This document shows, in pieces, positions 27,821-41,564 of a stretch of 64,000 bases of DNA. The position numbers and the translations under genes are program-made. Location of the stretch: positions 18,414,001 to 18,478,000 of the forward strand of contig OX597830.1 in NCBI GenBank assembly GCA_951406725.2. The letters are read 5' to 3'. Each line of letters opens with the position of its first letter. Positions within the stretch are counted from its first letter, which is position 1. The notes under the pieces were generated by a model. That model had not been told where the DNA came from. It did no database searches and worked only from the letters and a program-made list of their open reading frames with translations. This DNA comes from Octopus vulgaris. Its lineage: Eukaryota.

Positions 27821-28244
27821 ATAATGCTTGAAGAATTTTCCACTTCAGATCATAGTCCACAAGAAGGATAATAAATCATCTTATCAATAATTTGTGCATG
27901 CGTGTAAGGTGGTGAGCTGGCAGAATCGTAGCACACCTGGCAAAATGCTTAGTGACATTTTGTCTGCCTTCACATTCAGGGTCAATATACTAAGTACCAG
28001 TTGAACATTGGGGTTGATGTAATCACCTTTCCCTTCCCCCAATATTGCAGGCATTGGGCCAAAATTTGAAACCAATATTTCTATGTGTATGATTAACAGA
28101 ATCATTAGAGAATTAAAGTATTTAGTTACATTGCTTTACATTCTGAGTTCAAGATACAGTCAGCTTTACTTCTTATCCTTTGGGATGTCCTAGTGGTTGA
28201 TATAATTTACTTTTCGTTCCCACCAAATGTCTGGCCTTATGCAT

Positions 28245-28641
28245 ATACTCTTTTACTCTTTTACTTGTTTCAGTCATTTGACTGCGGCCATGCTGGAGCA
28301 CCGCCTTTAGTCGAGCAAATCGACCCCGGGACTTATTCTTTGTAAGCCCAGTACTTATTCTATCGGGTTTTTTTTGCCGAACCGCTAAGTGACGGGGACG
28401 TAAACACCCTAGCATTGGTTGTCAAGCAATGCTAGGGGGACAAACACACACATACATATATATATATACATATATACGACAGGCTTCTTTCAGTTTCCGT
28501 CTACCAAATCTACTCACAAGGCATTGGTCGGCCCGGGGCTATAGCAGAAGACACTTGCCCAAGATGCCACGCAGTGGGACTGAACCCGGAACCATGTGGT
28601 TGGTTAGCAAGCTGCTTACCACACAGCCACTCCTGCGCCTA
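28245..28641 (-). mobile_element. SINE family B (young, full length)
   Basis: Reverse complement of the 27384 copy with few differences. Confidence 0.9.
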
Positions 28642-28953
28642 TGTAAGGAATTAATATATATGTGTATGTCTTTGTTTGCTTGTTGAGGTCAGTTATGCAA
28701 ATGCAATAAAAATCACAGATTTACTGGCAGCAAGTGTGAGAATATTCGAATATTCGTAGCTCCACTTATCTGTACATAGGAACAGCTGTGTGTTTGAGAA
28801 GTTCACTTTGAAATGATGTGGTCTCAGGTTCAAATACCACAGTAAAACACTTTGGGCAAGTGCTTTATGCTATAAGCTCAGACTGAGAAAAATTTTGTGA
28901 GTGAAAATGATAGACTGGAATTGTGTGGAAACCTATCTGAGGAACTGTCCAGT

Positions 28954-29438
28954 TTAACCCTTTACCATTTTAAACTGGCCAGATCCAGTCTTTCGCACCT
29001 ACCTTGCAATGTGATTCTCAAAATAAACAGTCGTAAGTGCAAGAGTGGCTGTGTGGGTTCAGTCCCACTGCATGGCACCTTGGGCAAGTGTCTTCTACTA
29101 TAACTGCAGACCGACCAAAGCCTTATGAGTGGATTTGTTAGACAGAAACTGAAAGAAACCCATCATATATATGTATGTATGTATGTGTATATTTATGTAT
29201 ATATATAAAAATATAAAATGGGACATGAACGCAAAAATCCAGATAAAGCTTTTTTCCAAGGAATCTAATGCTCTTAGCTTAGTTTTTCCTTGGGGCTGGC
29301 CAGATTGGAGCAATCTCAAGATTAATCAGCCAAAATTGCAAGGATGATCCTGTTCTTGACTGAAGATTAAAGGCTTCGAATGACCCGTCCTTGTTTTTTG
29401 TATCTTCTATCTGGATGTTTTGTGTCCTTGTCCCATTT

Positions 29439-29469
<31 letters not shown>

Positions 29470-29776
29470 CGGCGCACATACACTTTGTTCTCATATATAT
29501 ATTTGTGTATGTGTGTGTGTGCATGTCTGTGTTTGTCCCCCATCTCTGTTTGGCAGGTGGTATTGGTGTGTTTATGCCCCTGTAACTTGGCACTATGACA
29601 AAAGGGACTAAAAGAATAGGTACCATGCTTGAAAAATAAAAATAAAAGTACTGGGGTCGATTTGTTCATCTAAAGTCCTTTCATACAGTGCTCCAGCATG
29701 GCTGCAGTCTACCGGCTGAAACAAGTAAAAGATAAAAGAAATATTTGACAGTGTAATCTGAATGCTGAAGGGTTAA
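28954..29776 (+). mobile_element. piggyBac-type MITE family 2 interrupted by a family B SINE and a Penelope-like insert
   Basis: ttaacccttt...aagggttaa termini; matches 45965-46192. Confidence 0.65.
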
Positions 29777-30566
29777 TGGGGTTAATGTCACTATCTGGGC
29801 TCTTGGGTTACTTTAACAGAATCTGCTCTGTTGCAAGCATTCATCAGACCAAGTTACCTGTCTGAGGATAACCTCCACCCTTTCTCCCACTCATCTCAGA
29901 AGCACTGAAAGGATCAGGGGGTAGCACTGTCTGTCCTCCCTTGATTCAGCCAGTAACAGGAACAAGAAAAAGAAGAAAAAAAAAACCCAGAAAGGATATG
30001 TATTATTTGAAGTAAATTATCTTCTTTTTTTTTTTTTTTTTTTCGCTTTTTCAACTTATAATTGAAATTAGAGTCAGAGGGATTTCAGTTGGCTGGGAGG
30101 TGATGTCATGCTTCACTGCACTTGCCACATATAGATGCAATAATAACAATGTTAAATTTGCTTGTGGTGTCTCCTTATTAGTGCTATATTCAGATAATGG
30201 TGCCCATGGGAGACCAAAATGTTAGGGGACTCTTCTGAAGTAAAATAACCAATTTGTAACTGAAATAATTTTTTAAGGAAAACCATAACGAAAATTCTAT
30301 TATGATAAGAGGATATATGAAAAATCATTTTGTAGAATGTCAAATATTTTAATAATAATGATAAGGAAAATACATTTATTATTATTTAGTCTCTGGGAAG
30401 TGGTACATTTCTTTTATCTTTTACTTGTTTCAGTCAAAAGGAGTGCAGCCATGCTGGAGCACTGCTTTCAAGGGTTTAGTTGAAGATTTTCAAACTCTAG
30501 TACTCTTTAAGGATGTAAACAAACCAATACCAGTTATCAAGCTGCAAGGTGACAGATACAAAGATA

Positions 30567-30795
30567 AGGCGGCGAGCTGGCAGAAACGTTAGCTCGCCGG
30601 GCGAAATGCGTAGCCATATTTCGTCCGCTGCTATGTTCTGAGTTTAAATTCCGCCAAGGTCGACTTTGCCTTTCATCCTTTTGGGGTCGATTAAATAAGT
30701 ACCAGCTACGCACTGAGGTCGATGTAATCGACTTAATCTGTTTGTCTGTCCTTGTTTGTCCCCTCTATGTTTAGCCCCTTGTGGATAGTAAAGAA
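30567..30795 (+). mobile_element. SINE family C nested in an antisense family B SINE
   Basis: TSD acagatacaaaga. Confidence 0.9.
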
Positions 30796-31698
30796 ACAGA
30801 TACAAAGAGAGATATGCACACACATACGCATACACTGCAGGCTTCTGCACAGTTGTCATCCACCAAATTCACTTACAAAGCATTGATGGGTCTGGGGCTA
30901 TAATAGTAGAAGACACCCTAGGTGTTGCACTCGCAACTGAACCGAAACCACATGATTGTAAAACAAACTTCTTAACTAGACTGCCATGCCTGCAGAATTT
31001 TCTTTTATTTACAAATAAAAGCTTACAATCTCATCATTCTTATAACTATCATTCTTACAACTATTAATCACTTTCTTACAAGCAAACCTGTCGTATATGT
31101 GTGTTTGTGTGTCTGTGTTTGTCCCCCCAACATCGCTTGACAACCAATGCTGGTGTGTTTATGTCCCCGTAACTTAGCAGTTTGGCAAAAGAGACCGATA
31201 GAGTAAGTTCTAGGCTTACAAAGAATAAGTCCTGGGGTCGATTTGCTTGACTAAAGGCAGTGCTCCAGCATGGCCGCAGTCAAATGACTGAAACAAGTAA
31301 AAGAGGACACAGGTCTTGTACTCAGTCTAATACTCCTAGATGTACTATGATAGGGTTGACCATAGTGCTAGACAACAACCTAATGCACTGACCTCTTCCT
31401 AGTTGTACTTCTTCCTTGAACTCAGAATAATAAGGGTCAAATATAAATTGGTCAATGCTCCAGCACTGACTGACCAACATTTCTTGAATATAGTCCTAAC
31501 ACAGCACTAACACAATTCCAATATTGCACTGATGTTAAATACAGTAAAAAAAAATGGTATAAAGAATAGAAGAAAACATTAAAAGAGCTACTTCATGTGT
31601 TGTAATGAAAATAGTAGGAAGAGAATATTGAGGTTGCCTAATGATGAGGAGTCAGGACCAAGTTCTTTACAAAAGAAAAATAGGATGAAAATAGGATA

Positions 31699-32091
31699 TA
31701 GTTAAGTCAATTTTTGGGCTCAAAAAGCAAGGCCATGTAGGGGGACATGGAGTTATGTACAGGGAGGGTGTTCATGCAAAGAGTTCAGGCCATTTCTGAT
31801 CAAGAGAGACTTTGAACTGAGCGGTCGTCAGCATCTTCACTATCTCGTCTGGCAGCTTATTCCACGGATCCGCAACCCGGACAGAGAAAGCCCCTCTCCT
31901 TCGATTGAGAGGAAATCGTTGCAGATAGAGCTTTTCGGAGTGACTCCGCAGCCAACGCTCTGGAGCAGGAGTGAAGAACAGCTCTTTCGAGAGGTTACAC
32001 TTTCCACTTATGATGTTGTGAGCAAGAATGAGATCACCATGGCGTTGTCGTTTTTCTAGAGAATAAAGGTTGAGCGTCTTCAGCCTTTCTT
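31699..32091 (-). mobile_element. CR1-clade LINE 3' fragment
   Basis: Minus strand ERLKTLNLYSLEKR...GDLI...AFSVRVADPWNKLPDEIV...FKVSLD, typical of a CR1 ORF2 C-terminus, plus 3' UTR. Confidence 0.85.
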
Positions 32092-32337
32092 AGAGCCATG
32101 GAAAAGTTGATGCTGAGTATCTCCTTGAGAGATCAAATCTGAAATAAGCAGATTATGGGAAAGAACCAGAGTGATGGACGTCATCGCCAAATACCATTCG
32201 AACAAATGCAGATGGGTGCACCAATAATCAGTGGACCTGTGCTGTTGTCAAGTGGTGCCTGCATAAGCAGAAACGACTACTCAGGAGGCCTCTCCTCAGA
32301 TGGGTTAATGATATAAAAGGGAACGATGCAATGGAGG
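32092..32337 (+). pseudogene. RTE-clade LINE ORF fragment
   Basis: AMEKLMLSISLRDQI*N...RTRVMDVI...WTCAVVKW...RPLLRWVNDIK. Confidence 0.65.
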
Positions 32338-32613
32338 CTGCTCCAGAGCGTCGGCTGCGGGGTCATTCCGAAAAGCTCTATCTGCGACGATTTCATCTCA
32401 ATCGAAGGAGAGGGGCTTTCTCCGTCCGGGTTGCGGATCCGTGGAATAAGCTGCCGGACGAGATAGTGAAGATGCTGACGACTGCTCAGTTCAAAGTCTC
32501 CCTTGACCACAAGTGGCCTGAACTCTTTACATGAACACCACCCTGTACATAACTCCATGTCCCCCTACATGGCCTTGCTTTTTGCTTTTTGAGCCAAAAA
32601 ATTAACTAACTAA
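32338..32613 (+). mobile_element. CR1-clade LINE 3' fragment
   Basis: ORF 32331-32534 (RGHSEKL...FSVRVADPWNKLP) and (aact)n tail. Confidence 0.85.
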
Positions 32614-33745
32614 GAATAGATGAAATGCTGTGGCCAGCAGATTCAAAGCGGACATCTGACAATCAGGCCAATGGAGGTGATCAAGATATGTGAAGAGATT
32701 AATACAACCTCTCAATTCCTTTACTGAAAGGACAAGGTGGGAGTGGCAGAACTCCAGACAAAAAACAAAACCATCCACCTCCAGCCCCACTCCTAAACAC
32801 CTTGCTGAAACATGACAAAAGACAATTCATGTGCAGCCCTACTCCGCCACTGCCAACACCAACATGCATGAACCCCACATCCCAACACCAACTCACTCAC
32901 CTCTGAGAAACTTGTTGAAAAGCACAAAAGAAAAAAACTCAATTAAAGCTATGTTGGTTGGTTCTTAGTTTTGAAGAGGTTCATGTTTATGCTGTTATAA
33001 TTATGGTTGCTTTAATTGGTGGTAATGGAGGTGATCTTAGCTGTTGGTCATGGTAGGGGTGGTTGTTAGAATTAGTATTTGTTGTTTTGTTTTGCTCTTA
33101 CAACAAAACTAAACAAAAAGAAAATAAAAGGAAAAAAAAGGTACTGGTGTCTTGAGCAAAACATTGTGTCTGTCATACCTTAATTAAGATAATTACTCCC
33201 CAGTACCAGCAATAGTAATGTTACCTATTACCTGTTGCCACCACCAGCCAACAACAACTACACACAAAATTCCTGCTCAGGAAAGAGTTGGGGTGGGGTA
33301 AGAATTAGCAGTTTTGTCATGGAATATCTAGATGTAGAAACAAACATATATATACACCTACTACATGAGTGTATGTGCTTGTGTATGAACACACACACAA
33401 ACATGCACATGTGTGATAATCTTAATAGAGACTGCAATCCATTAAAGTTCTCAATGCATGTACAAAAACATCAAGTTTATTTTTATTTGCCATGCAGGCC
33501 TTGTTACTTGTATCTTTTATCTGTTACTTGTTTTAGTCATTTGATCGCAGACCTTCTAGGGCACTACTTTGAAGGGTTTTAATCAAACAAATCAACCCCA
33601 GTACATTTTTTTAAAAGTTTAGTACTTATTCCATTGGTCTCTTTTGTCAAACTGCTAAGTTATGAGGATGTAAACACCTTAATACCAGTTGTCATGCAAT
33701 GGTGGAACAAACACAGGCACAAAAACACACACAAATATATATGTA

Positions 33746-33807
<62 letters not shown>

Positions 33808-33824
33808 AACCTGTGTGTGTGTTG

Positions 33825-33990
33825 GCAATTTTCTTTCTTCGTCTTCCCTTCCTTGGACCTTTACTTTTTCTATGTTTCTGACGAAGAGCTCCACTCGAAA
33901 CATTAAATCCTCCTTCTTTCTTTCCTTTCCTGAGCATCCTTCCACATCCTCGTGTTGTGTTTTCTCTTTGTTCATGTTTGGATTAACTAT
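33825..33990 (+). mobile_element. Penelope-like short element with minimal hammerhead motif
   Basis: CTGACGA agag ctcca ctc GAAA at 33878-33900; homologous to 41565-41740. Confidence 0.55.
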
Positions 33991-34205
33991 ATATATATAT
34001 ATATAATAAGAGTAAATAATATCTTTAATGGTTTTTAAAAAAACCCAACAATTATTTACTGGTAGATTTCGGCATGTAAATATAACCATTAACGGTTGGA
34101 ACTTCTATAAAGTTCAGTATATATATATTGTATATAAATAAAGGAGGCAGGCAACAGGTTGCTTAGCCGCATACCAAAAAAATTAGAAATAGCAGTCAGA
34201 GACTG

Positions 34206-34280
<75 letters not shown>

Positions 34281-36392
34281 TGGGCTTCTTTAAGTTTCTG
34301 TCCACCAGAAACTTACAAGGCTTTGGTTGGCCTGAGGCTATAGAAGACACTTCTCCAAGGTACCATGCTGTGTGAATGAACCTAGAACCATGTTAGGAAG
34401 CAAGCTTCTTACCATAGTCATGCCAGCACCTATGTATGTATGCATGATGTGTGTGTGTGTGTGTGTGTGTGTGTAGGTAACATTTTTTTTTTCCAACATG
34501 TTATATTGAAGTCACAATCATGAGTTTAGTTTTTTTTTTTACTCTTCATATTTCTTAGACTTCAATGTAGCACACACAGCGTATATGCATATTCCATCAT
34601 CATCCTCATTTAGTGTCTGTCTTCCTTGCTGGCATTGGCTGGACAGTTTGATAAGCTCTAATGATCATTTTTTTTTTTTCTTACTCAACTGCAGATTCTA
34701 TGATAAGAATGCAGTCATCAGCATATAATACTACCCCAAGGGCAACTGGTATTTTGTTCATTCCATAATTTTCCATGTTTGCATGAGTTGAACACATACA
34801 ATACTGATGAATTGTTTACAGCTAGATACTGTTCATGTTGCAAACCCTAACCTATTTCTCAAGTAAGAGATCTCTTATTCCACAGGACTTCAAAGGCACA
34901 AGGCTAGAAGGTGACTGAAATAATCCATAATAAAGAAAGGAATTCAATGATACATAGCAAGAACAGCTCTTTCGAGAGGTTACACTTTCCACATAGGTAA
35001 TTGCCTTCTTTTTCCATGCTGGCATGGGTTAGATGTGTTGTTCTGAACCAAGTCAATTTTTATTTGGAATTACTATCATCCTAGACTGGTCAGGGACAAT
35101 GTCATTGGTCACATGTTCGCTATATGCCCATCTTATAACCAACCACTCTACACAGTGTATTGAGTGCTTCTTTTCTTTTGTGGTTTCATCACCAGAGAGG
35201 AGCAAAGCTAAGAAGTGCCTTCTAGTATATGTTGTCTCTGTTCACCAGCACCAGAAGGGTGTTTGGTCCAGTGAGTTAGGGAATGAGTACCAGAGTGACA
35301 GAGGAGAGAGTTTAATAGAAAAGTGATGGAAGTGAGTGGGTGATAAAGGAGAGAGAGAGAGTAAAGGATGGGAGAAAGAGACAGATAAACAGCTACAAGA
35401 TGACTGTTGGTAAAAAGCTGGATAGAAACAGCATGAGAGCAGCATAACGGAGAAGGAACCCCGAGAGGGTTAGCGGTGGGGGCAGGGGGGCATGATGATG
35501 GAAGAGGGAATACTGGAAGTTAGAGAGTTATGGATATCAGCAATGAATGACAGAGGAAGGAGTAAAGTGGAAAAGTGATGGTTAGCAAATGAAAATGAGT
35601 GCTGATAAGAGAGAGAGAGGATGTGTAAACGGCTCATCAATAACGAAAGATTAAAAGAGGGAGAAATGAGAGTGACGTGGAGTGATGGTTAGCAATAAAG
35701 ATGGGGGTGATATGTGTGATAGGGAGGATTAAATATAGGCAGATCCAATGAAATCCCATCCCTCACAACACAGCAGGAGAGATAGGGAATAGAGAAAGGG
35801 GTGAGGTATTAGTAGGAAAGCGGGTAAGAGTAGTATATGGGAGCTTGTTATGAACATAATGGTTGGAAGAAGCCCAAATGTCCATATTTGTCCCAAACTT
35901 CATTATCACCACTGTCTTTTTTATGTTTGTTTTTCCATGCTTGCATGGATTGTGCAAGGCCTCTTTAGTGTAGCGCTTTGCTACATGTTGCAGTCCTTTG
36001 TCATTTCCTCCATGGGGTTTGGCTTCTTGAGATCAGTCTTTATTAGTTCATCTCATGATTTCCTCATCTAACCTTCCATACATACATAGATAAATATACA
36101 TTACAGCTGTGAAAATTTTTGTAAGCCATATATATGTCAGGGGTTGCCCCTGGTACTTAAGGCAGAACATGCAACTGTAAAAATCAAAACCATAAAACTG
36201 AAGGTAAGGTAAGGTGCATATAACATCTATCTTCCCAGCTGTCTCTCATGAAAATGCAGGATTTATATTAAAATCTAATTTGTTGTTTGCATTCATTGCG
36301 TACCTTGCATTTATGCAGGAAATGCTATTGATGTATATTCATGAATGTATACATACACTAGCATATATACATATGCATGCACAGACAAGTTC

Positions 36393-36425
<33 letters not shown>

Positions 36426-36427
36426 GT

Positions 36428-36590
36428 ACACCGGAGCAAACACATAAATGTGAAACAAGGTGGAAAAAAGAGTACTCAAATACCAGAGGTAGAGTAATAT
36501 GCTTTATTTTAACAAAACTGTCCGACGAATGGGAACGTGAAACTCTGAGTAACAGCTTTTGTTAAATTTCTGTTGTTTTTAAATAAAGTA
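36428..36590 (+). mobile_element. Penelope-like short element with hammerhead motif, in (TA)n
   Basis: aacaaaactgt CCGACGA atgggaacgt GAAA ctctgag TA acagcttttgtt. Confidence 0.55.
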
Positions 36591-36621
36591 TATATATATA
36601 TATATGTATATATACATACAT

Positions 36622-36705
<84 letters not shown>

Positions 36706-36744
36706 CTAGTTTCAGCTCGGAGGTTTGGCCATACTGATGCACCG

Positions 36745-37070
36745 CCGCTTTGCTACAGTGTTATTACTAAGAGCTTCTTCTAATATGTGGCACTTGGGGA
36801 AGCATGGAGTTTGATATAGCTACCCTCATTTGCACCTCTTGCCGTGAGGTAGGTTCATCTGGGACTCTCGGCAGGAAGAGGTCCAGCTTTGATTTAAAAA
36901 CCCCTACATCTACTTTGTGCAAGTTCCTCAGACTCTTTGGGAGAATATTAAAAAGCTGTGGGCCCTTGAAACCCAGGCTGTTGCAGTAACTGGTCCTGAA
37001 GCGTGATGGCATTGCTGGGACCTTTGGCACTATGCAGTGTCATCCTGTTCTGGCATTGGTGTAGCTTTCA
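36745..37070 (-). pseudogene. CR1/L2-group LINE ORF2 C-terminal fragment
   Basis: NSLGFKGPQLFNILPKSLRNL...FKSKLDLFL..VPDEP motif. Confidence 0.75.
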
Positions 37071-37071
37071 A

Positions 37072-37111
<40 letters not shown>

Positions 37112-38271
37112 CACATACATACAAATGCAGATACATATACTTAAGAAATAGTTTTAAGTGGGTGGAGCAATGTCGCTGACAACAGACACAACTACAATGA
37201 TGAGTAAAATAAGCATAGAGCATGAAGCAGGCCAGCAACAACAACAACAATGATTTTAAAAGTTAGGGGGATTTCTCATGTTGTTAAGAGGGAGGAGGGT
37301 TTTGTGTGAATGAAGGCTGGTTTAGTATGTAAGTAATAACAGGGTTTCAGACATGATGGCCAACAGCTACAGGTGAACAGCCCAGGAGAAGGTGTACCAA
37401 AGGAAAATTTTGTCGACCAACACACTGACAGTATTTTGTATGCTAAGCTTCATTCAGAAACAACAATTATTATTCACTGCTGTGTATTTCTTAACATGAT
37501 CCTTCTTTTTTAATTTAAAAAAAATTTTTCATTTTCATTTTTTTTTTTTTTTTTGTTTAAGTGGTAGTTGACACCTTATTTGTAATATTTCTCTCAGAAA
37601 GAAACTTACAAAAGAACAAAAAAGAGAGAGGAAGAAAAATAAAAACTAATCAATGTTACAGACTTGGTTAGCCGTAGTTAATGATTGATCTGAATGAACA
37701 CATCTCACTTGCAAAAGTCCTTTTTTTTCTTCTATCACTAAAGAAAAATAGTCAATGAAAAATAGAATATTCAAAAAAGAAAAAAAGCTTCAACAATTTT
37801 TGCCAAACTTTGTGAATACTTATAAAAAATGTAATTTTCAGGTATTTTATATTGATACATGAATATAAATTATCTTATGTATCATTTCTTAAGAAAGAAA
37901 GTATTTAACCATTTACTATAGTTCTAAGGTAAAACAGTGTCTATAGGTCCCAATTCAGAAACATAGTCAAAAATTTGGAGGAATTTTGTAAAATAAGTGT
38001 TTTATAATTAAGCTGGCATTTGGAACATAACAAAAAGTTTTAACATAAAATTATGATGTAAGGTTTTAATTTAGAAATGGAACAATTGAAAATGAGATGG
38101 TTTATATCGACCAGAAGTTCTCAACTATGTTTTTTACCCACGAACCCCTTCGATTATTATTCTTTTCTGGTGGACTCTGATAGCCATTTGATGTTTAAAA
38201 TCCAGTTTTATAGCTACTTCTTTCAAAATTTCTGTTTTGTTTTTCCCACATTAATTTATGTAACTGAACTA

Positions 38272-38675
38272 TGCAGGAGTGGCTGTGGGATAAGTAGCTT
38301 GCTTACCGACCACATGGTTCTGGGTTCAGTTCCACTGCGTGGCACCTTGGGCAAGTGTCTTCTACTATAGCCTCGGGCTGACCAAAGCCTTGTGAGTAGA
38401 TTTGGTTGACGGAAACTGAAAGAAGCCTGTTGTATATATGTATATATATATATGTGTATATGTTTGTGTGTCTGTGATTGTCCCCCCCCAACATCGCTTG
38501 ACAATTGATGCTGGTGTGTTTATGTCCCCGTAATTAGCAGTTCAGCAAAAGAGACTGATAGAATAAGTACTAGGCTTACAAAGAATAAGTCCTGGGGTCG
38601 ATTTGCTCGACTAAAGGTGGTGCTCCAGCATGGCTGCAGTCAAAGTGACTGAAACAAGTAAAAGAATAAAAGAAA
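38272..38675 (+). mobile_element. SINE family B
   Basis: Consensus match. Confidence 0.9.
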
Positions 38676-39492
38676 GAATATATGTAAAACAATAGAAAGA
38701 AACTTAACTTTCTTGCAATAACGACATCCAAAGTAACATTTTTTCCATGAACCCTTAAAATACTACTGCGAATTCTCAATTTACTATTTTGCTAGCATGA
38801 ACCCAACCACACACACACACACACACATAAGTCTTACATGGACTCTGGTTGAGAACCACTGATATAGAATCAGAAGCATTCTCAAGAACTTGCTCACAAA
38901 TTGTTTAATAAGACTGCTACACAGAGGTGTCGATCGGTTAAAGTCGATCATATATTTACAGCTGTTTGGGCAGGACAAGGCAAGGATTTTATGGAAGACT
39001 ACTAGAAGCCCTGTTTGCAATTCTCCCTACTCCTTGCCATTAATATTGTCCAAAGGAAAGGTCACCACTTCAGGACCGATTACAGTTTGACACCTGTATC
39101 GTCAAGGTACCACGCAGTGGGATCAAACCCAGAACCATGTGGTTGGGAAGCAAGCTTCTTATCATACAGCCACTCCTGCACCTGGAGACTTTTTTTTTTT
39201 ATTATTTTGTGTTTGGAACCATTTCCTAACACAATTGAATTGTGTTAGGAAATGTGTTAGGGAACTGAATGTTGCTATAGGAACAAATGATACCTTTCAC
39301 CTGAGTTGGTGGTGATGATACAGCAACTGATGATGACTGTTATTGTTATTAGAATTGTTGTTGTTGTTGATTATAATGGCACTGGCAATGGTTAGTCCAA
39401 GGTTAAGCTTTGCCTGAGCAGTCATATAATCAAAGGCATCCCTGCTTTAGCCATTCCATTTTTTAAAATATATATATATATATATATATATA

Positions 39493-39775
39493 TGCCAGTG
39501 CCGCCTTGGCTGGCTTCCGTGCCGGTGGCACGTTAAAAGCTCCAACCGATCGTGGCTGATGCCGGACCCCACTGGCACCTGTGCAGGTGGCACGTAAAAA
39601 GCACCCACTACACTCACGGAGTGGTTGGCGTTAGGAAGGGCATCCAGCTGTAGAAACTCTGCCAGATCAGACTGGAGCCTGGTGCAGCCCCTGGCTTCCC
39701 AGACCCCGGTCGAACCGTCCAACCCGTGCTAGCGCGGAAAACGGACGTTAAACGATGATGATGATGATGATGATG
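39493..39775 (+). mobile_element. SINE-like family D
   Basis: Consensus match, (gat)n tail. Confidence 0.85.
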
Positions 39776-40634
39776 ATATATAAAATTTAAATATAGGATA
39801 AAATCTTTATAAGAATTTATCAAGTAGTTAGCGTGAAAAACCTCATAAGGGAAAAATTTATTATTATTCCCTCGCATTTGGTACAATGTCGTTATTATAG
39901 TAGTTTTGACTTTAAGTGTCCCTCCTAGCGTGAGGCATTTATGTATAACAATGCCCTTAAAATAACTAAATAAATATGTATATAAATATATATATAGAAC
40001 TACTTTATCTCATGTCGCCATCCTTTTGTGAGATGGCAGTGTGCAATTCCAGGGAATTTGGCAGCAGATTGAGTGATTGCATTAAGGTTCCTCTTTTGAC
40101 TCATTATTGTTGCTACTGATGATGATGATGATGATGATGTTGATCACACTGTTGTTGATAATAGTACTGTTGTTATTTCACATTGATGGCTGTAACTGAA
40201 GATATGACAATAATAAGCATAATAATAATAATGATAATAATAATACTTTCTACTATAAGTACAAGGCCTGAAATTTTGGGGGAGGGTGCTAGTCAATTAC
40301 ATTGATCCCAGTACATAACTGGTACTTAATTTACTAACCCCGAAAGGATGAAATGCAAAGCCAACCTTGGCAGAATTTGAACTCAGAATGTAAAGATGAA
40401 ATGAAAAGCTACTAAGCATTTCACCCAGTATACTAATGTTTTTGCCAGCTCACCACTTTGATAATAATAATGAAGTTGGTGACAATGAGGACAGTGGTGG
40501 TAGTGGTGGTGGTGGTGGTGGTGGTGATGATTTTGATCATGATGATGATGATGATGACGAGGAGGAGGAGGTGATGTTTCACTGACTACAGTTAATTCAG
40601 ACATAACTTAATTACCGTTACTTTCCCTTTGCAG

Positions 40635-40692
40635 GTACTTATTTTGGAGTTCACTGATTTGGGTTATTACTTACACACAGCAGTAATACAAG
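40635..40692 (+). other. Candidate isolated 58-nt exon
   Basis: Acceptor ctttccctttgcag, donor AG|gtaaga, non-repeat context; only frame 0 is open (VLILEFTDLGYYLHTAVIQ). Confidence 0.4.
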
Positions 40693-41564
40693 GTAAGACA
40701 AATGTTCTATTTACCTGTAACTAATTTGCAAAATTAACAAAACCACATAGTTGTGGAGTGGACCACTTAATTATACAGCTACCCCTGTGCACATTGTCTA
40801 ATCTAACATTCTTTGAATGAACTTTGGAATATGAAAAAGTGATAATGTATACAGGTAGGACAGCTTCTTATTGGCTCAGTAATAGATGGGTCAAGAAAGT
40901 GGTTGTCCTAGCAGATGAAGAATTAATGTTTTATATATCAACACGGTTACTGGTGAACACCACTAGTGATTAAGCAAAATAAGCACATGCTTAGGGCATC
41001 AAAGGAAGGGTGAGGCATCACATAAATGGTAAATGGTTTACAACACAAAAGAAATCACTTTAAACTTGCTAAATATTCAAAGTGGTTTATACGATTGGAA
41101 ATATAGTTTTGAAGTGTTCATGATGTCATTATGAGGATCTGATTTAAAGACTTCGCAATAAAAAAAAAGTAAGAGAAACTTACCAAATAAAGTGGAAGTA
41201 TACAAAAATAAATATTATTTTCCATCTTACTGTCAGTTTTGTTTCATTTTGAAAAGTAAAAATTCATTTTATTGTTTATTATCCTTTACATTTTTAAATA
41301 CATAGAGTACGCCACTGAAATCATGATTGGAAATCAAAAAAATCTGTCTGTGACTCTACAACAACTTTTTTTCCTCATACTTTTTCCTGTACTTTTCCTC
41401 GTCCTTCTTTACCTTTCTTCTTCTACCTCCATTTTTCCACTTGTGTCGCCACCACTCACACCTACACAAACATTCACCACTTCTCAACATGCCTGACTTA
41501 AAACAACCTTCTTCACCCTTTCTACTTCCGGTTGTTCAAAATGTGACCTCGTGTGTACCATTGG

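Noticed and set aside
34695-34750. Possible exon after a strong polypyrimidine acceptor
   Set aside because: The donor is weak and the context is degenerate repeat.
40383-40604. His-rich ORF
   Set aside because: It derives from (GGT)n/(GAT)n microsatellites plus SINE sequence.
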